A DNA stretch of 14,430 nt from an uncultured Deinococcales bacterium (GTDB lineage: Bacteria > Deinococcota > Deinococci > Deinococcales > JAAFIG01): the NCBI GenBank assembly GCA_964244895.1, contig CAXTKV010000029.1, positions 20,747-35,176 of the forward strand. Direction: 5' to 3'. The notes below the pieces were generated by a model, which ran no database searches, was not told the origin of the DNA, and saw only the letters and a program-made list of their open reading frames with translations. This document shows, piece by piece, positions 13,302 through 14,430 of the stretch (its first letter is position 1; every line of letters begins with the position of its first letter). Position numbers and translations under genes: made by a program.

Positions 13302-14430
13302 TCAAAGCACGTTGTTCATCCACACGCCGGAACGCCAGCGCTGCCAGTAGATCACCGCCATGATCGCCAGGTACACGAACGGCCCCAACCACGCACCGAT
13401 CAACCCGAGGTGGAACACGAACGCCAACGCGTAACCGCCGCCGACCATCACCGTCCAGGCCAGCAAGAGCGTCATCAGTGCGGTGAAGCGCGTGTCGCCA
13501 GCGCCGATCAGCGAGCCACGAAAAACGATGTTGGCGGCGTCGAAAAGCTGGTAGAAGGCCATCAAGCGCAGCAGGCTCGAGCCGAGGCGGATCAGATCCG
13601 GGTCGGCGGTGAAAGCGCCCATCAACGGTTCGGACAGCACCCAGAAGCCGATGCCGACCACGCCCATCCAGGCCATGCACAACCACGTTCCGGCGTACCC
13701 GGTGCGGCGCGCGAATTCGAGTTCTCGAGCGCCGATGAAGCGCCCCACGAGCGAGGACGCGGCGGTGGACAACCCGAAGCCGGGCATGAAGGCCAGGGAT
13801 GAAATCTGGTTGGCGATCTGGCTGGCGGCCAGTTCGTTGGTGCCGAGCCGCGCGGTGAGCGCCAGGAAGGCGGTGAAGGCTGCGACCTCGATGAATTCAA
13901 GAAGCCCGAGCGGCAATCCGACGCGCAACAATCGCGTCAGTTCGGCGATCTTCGGCAGGGCGAAGGTGATGGCGTACTTCCGGCGGTTGGCGCGCGACAG
14001 CACGATCAAGGCCGCTGCACCCGATCCGAGGGCGATGGACGCGACCGTCCCGATGGCGGAACCGCGCAAGCCCATCGCCGGGAAGCCCAGGTAACCGAAG
14101 ACCAGCACGACGTTCAGGCAGATGTTCAGAATCACCATGCCCCAGGTGATCAGCATCGGGGTTCTGGAATCGCCCTGGCTGACCAGGAATCCCAGCAACG
14201 CGGTCGAGGCCAGCGCGAACGGAATTTCAAAGGTGCGAATCCGCGCGAACTCGAGCGCGGCGCGGTAGACGGGTTCACTCGCTCCGGTGGCGCGGATCAC
14301 GGGATCAAAAATCAGGAAGTACACGGGCACGGCGGCGCTCAGGAACAACGCCAGCCACAGGTGATCGCGCAGGAAGCGTCCACCGGCAGCCAGGTCGCCC
14401 GCGCCGAAGGCCTGAGATGCGAAAGGCACG
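13302..14430 (-). CDS. MATE family efflux transporter (5' end outside window)
   Basis: Multi-TM ORF with MATE motifs GDSRTPM, FGYLGFPAMGLRGSAIGT, LGTNELAASQI, GAGDTR and LGLIGAW. Open to the window edge. Confidence 0.92.
   Translation of the reverse strand, partial: VPFASQAFGAGDLAAGGRFLRDHLWLALFLSAAVPVYFLIFDPVIRATGASEPVYRAALEFARIRTFEIPFALASTALLGFLVSQGDSRTPMLITWGMVILNICLNVVLVFGYLGFPAMGLRGSAIGTVASIALGSGAAALIVLSRANRRKYAITFALPKIAELTRLLRVGLPLGLLEFIEVAAFTAFLALTARLGTNELAASQIANQISSLAFMPGFGLSTAASSLVGRFIGARELEFARRTGYAGTWLCMAWMGVVGIGFWVLSEPLMGAFTADPDLIRLGSSLLRLMAFYQLFDAANIVFRGSLIGAGDTRFTALMTLLLAWTVMVGGGYALAFVFHLGLIGAWLGPFVYLAIMAVIYWQRWRSGVWMNNVL

Overview
GC-rich bacterial chromosomal segment, probably Deinococcota (inferred from the TopA architecture and leaderless-type promoters). 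The minus strand carries a phosphoester-scavenging cluster: a PhnP-like MBL hydrolase, a glycerophosphodiester phosphodiesterase, a PHP hydrolase and a UgpA/E/B-like ABC importer with no ATPase gene in the window. It also carries a GNAT acetyltransferase, DNA topoisomerase I (topA) and a 5'-truncated MATE transporter. The plus strand carries a lone MoxR/AAA_5-type ATPase. The most unusual signals are non-coding. (i) A 52-bp dyad element with a 20-12-20 layout occurs once in each of the six large intergenic gaps. (ii) One copy is cleanly interrupted by a 3x39-bp tandem array. (iii) The palindrome CTCGAG is extremely frequent (about 65 copies by hand count) and also forms the ends of the dyad element. 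(iv) There are GTAG-type REP doublets and a possible structured small RNA or small ORF between topA and the AAA gene.
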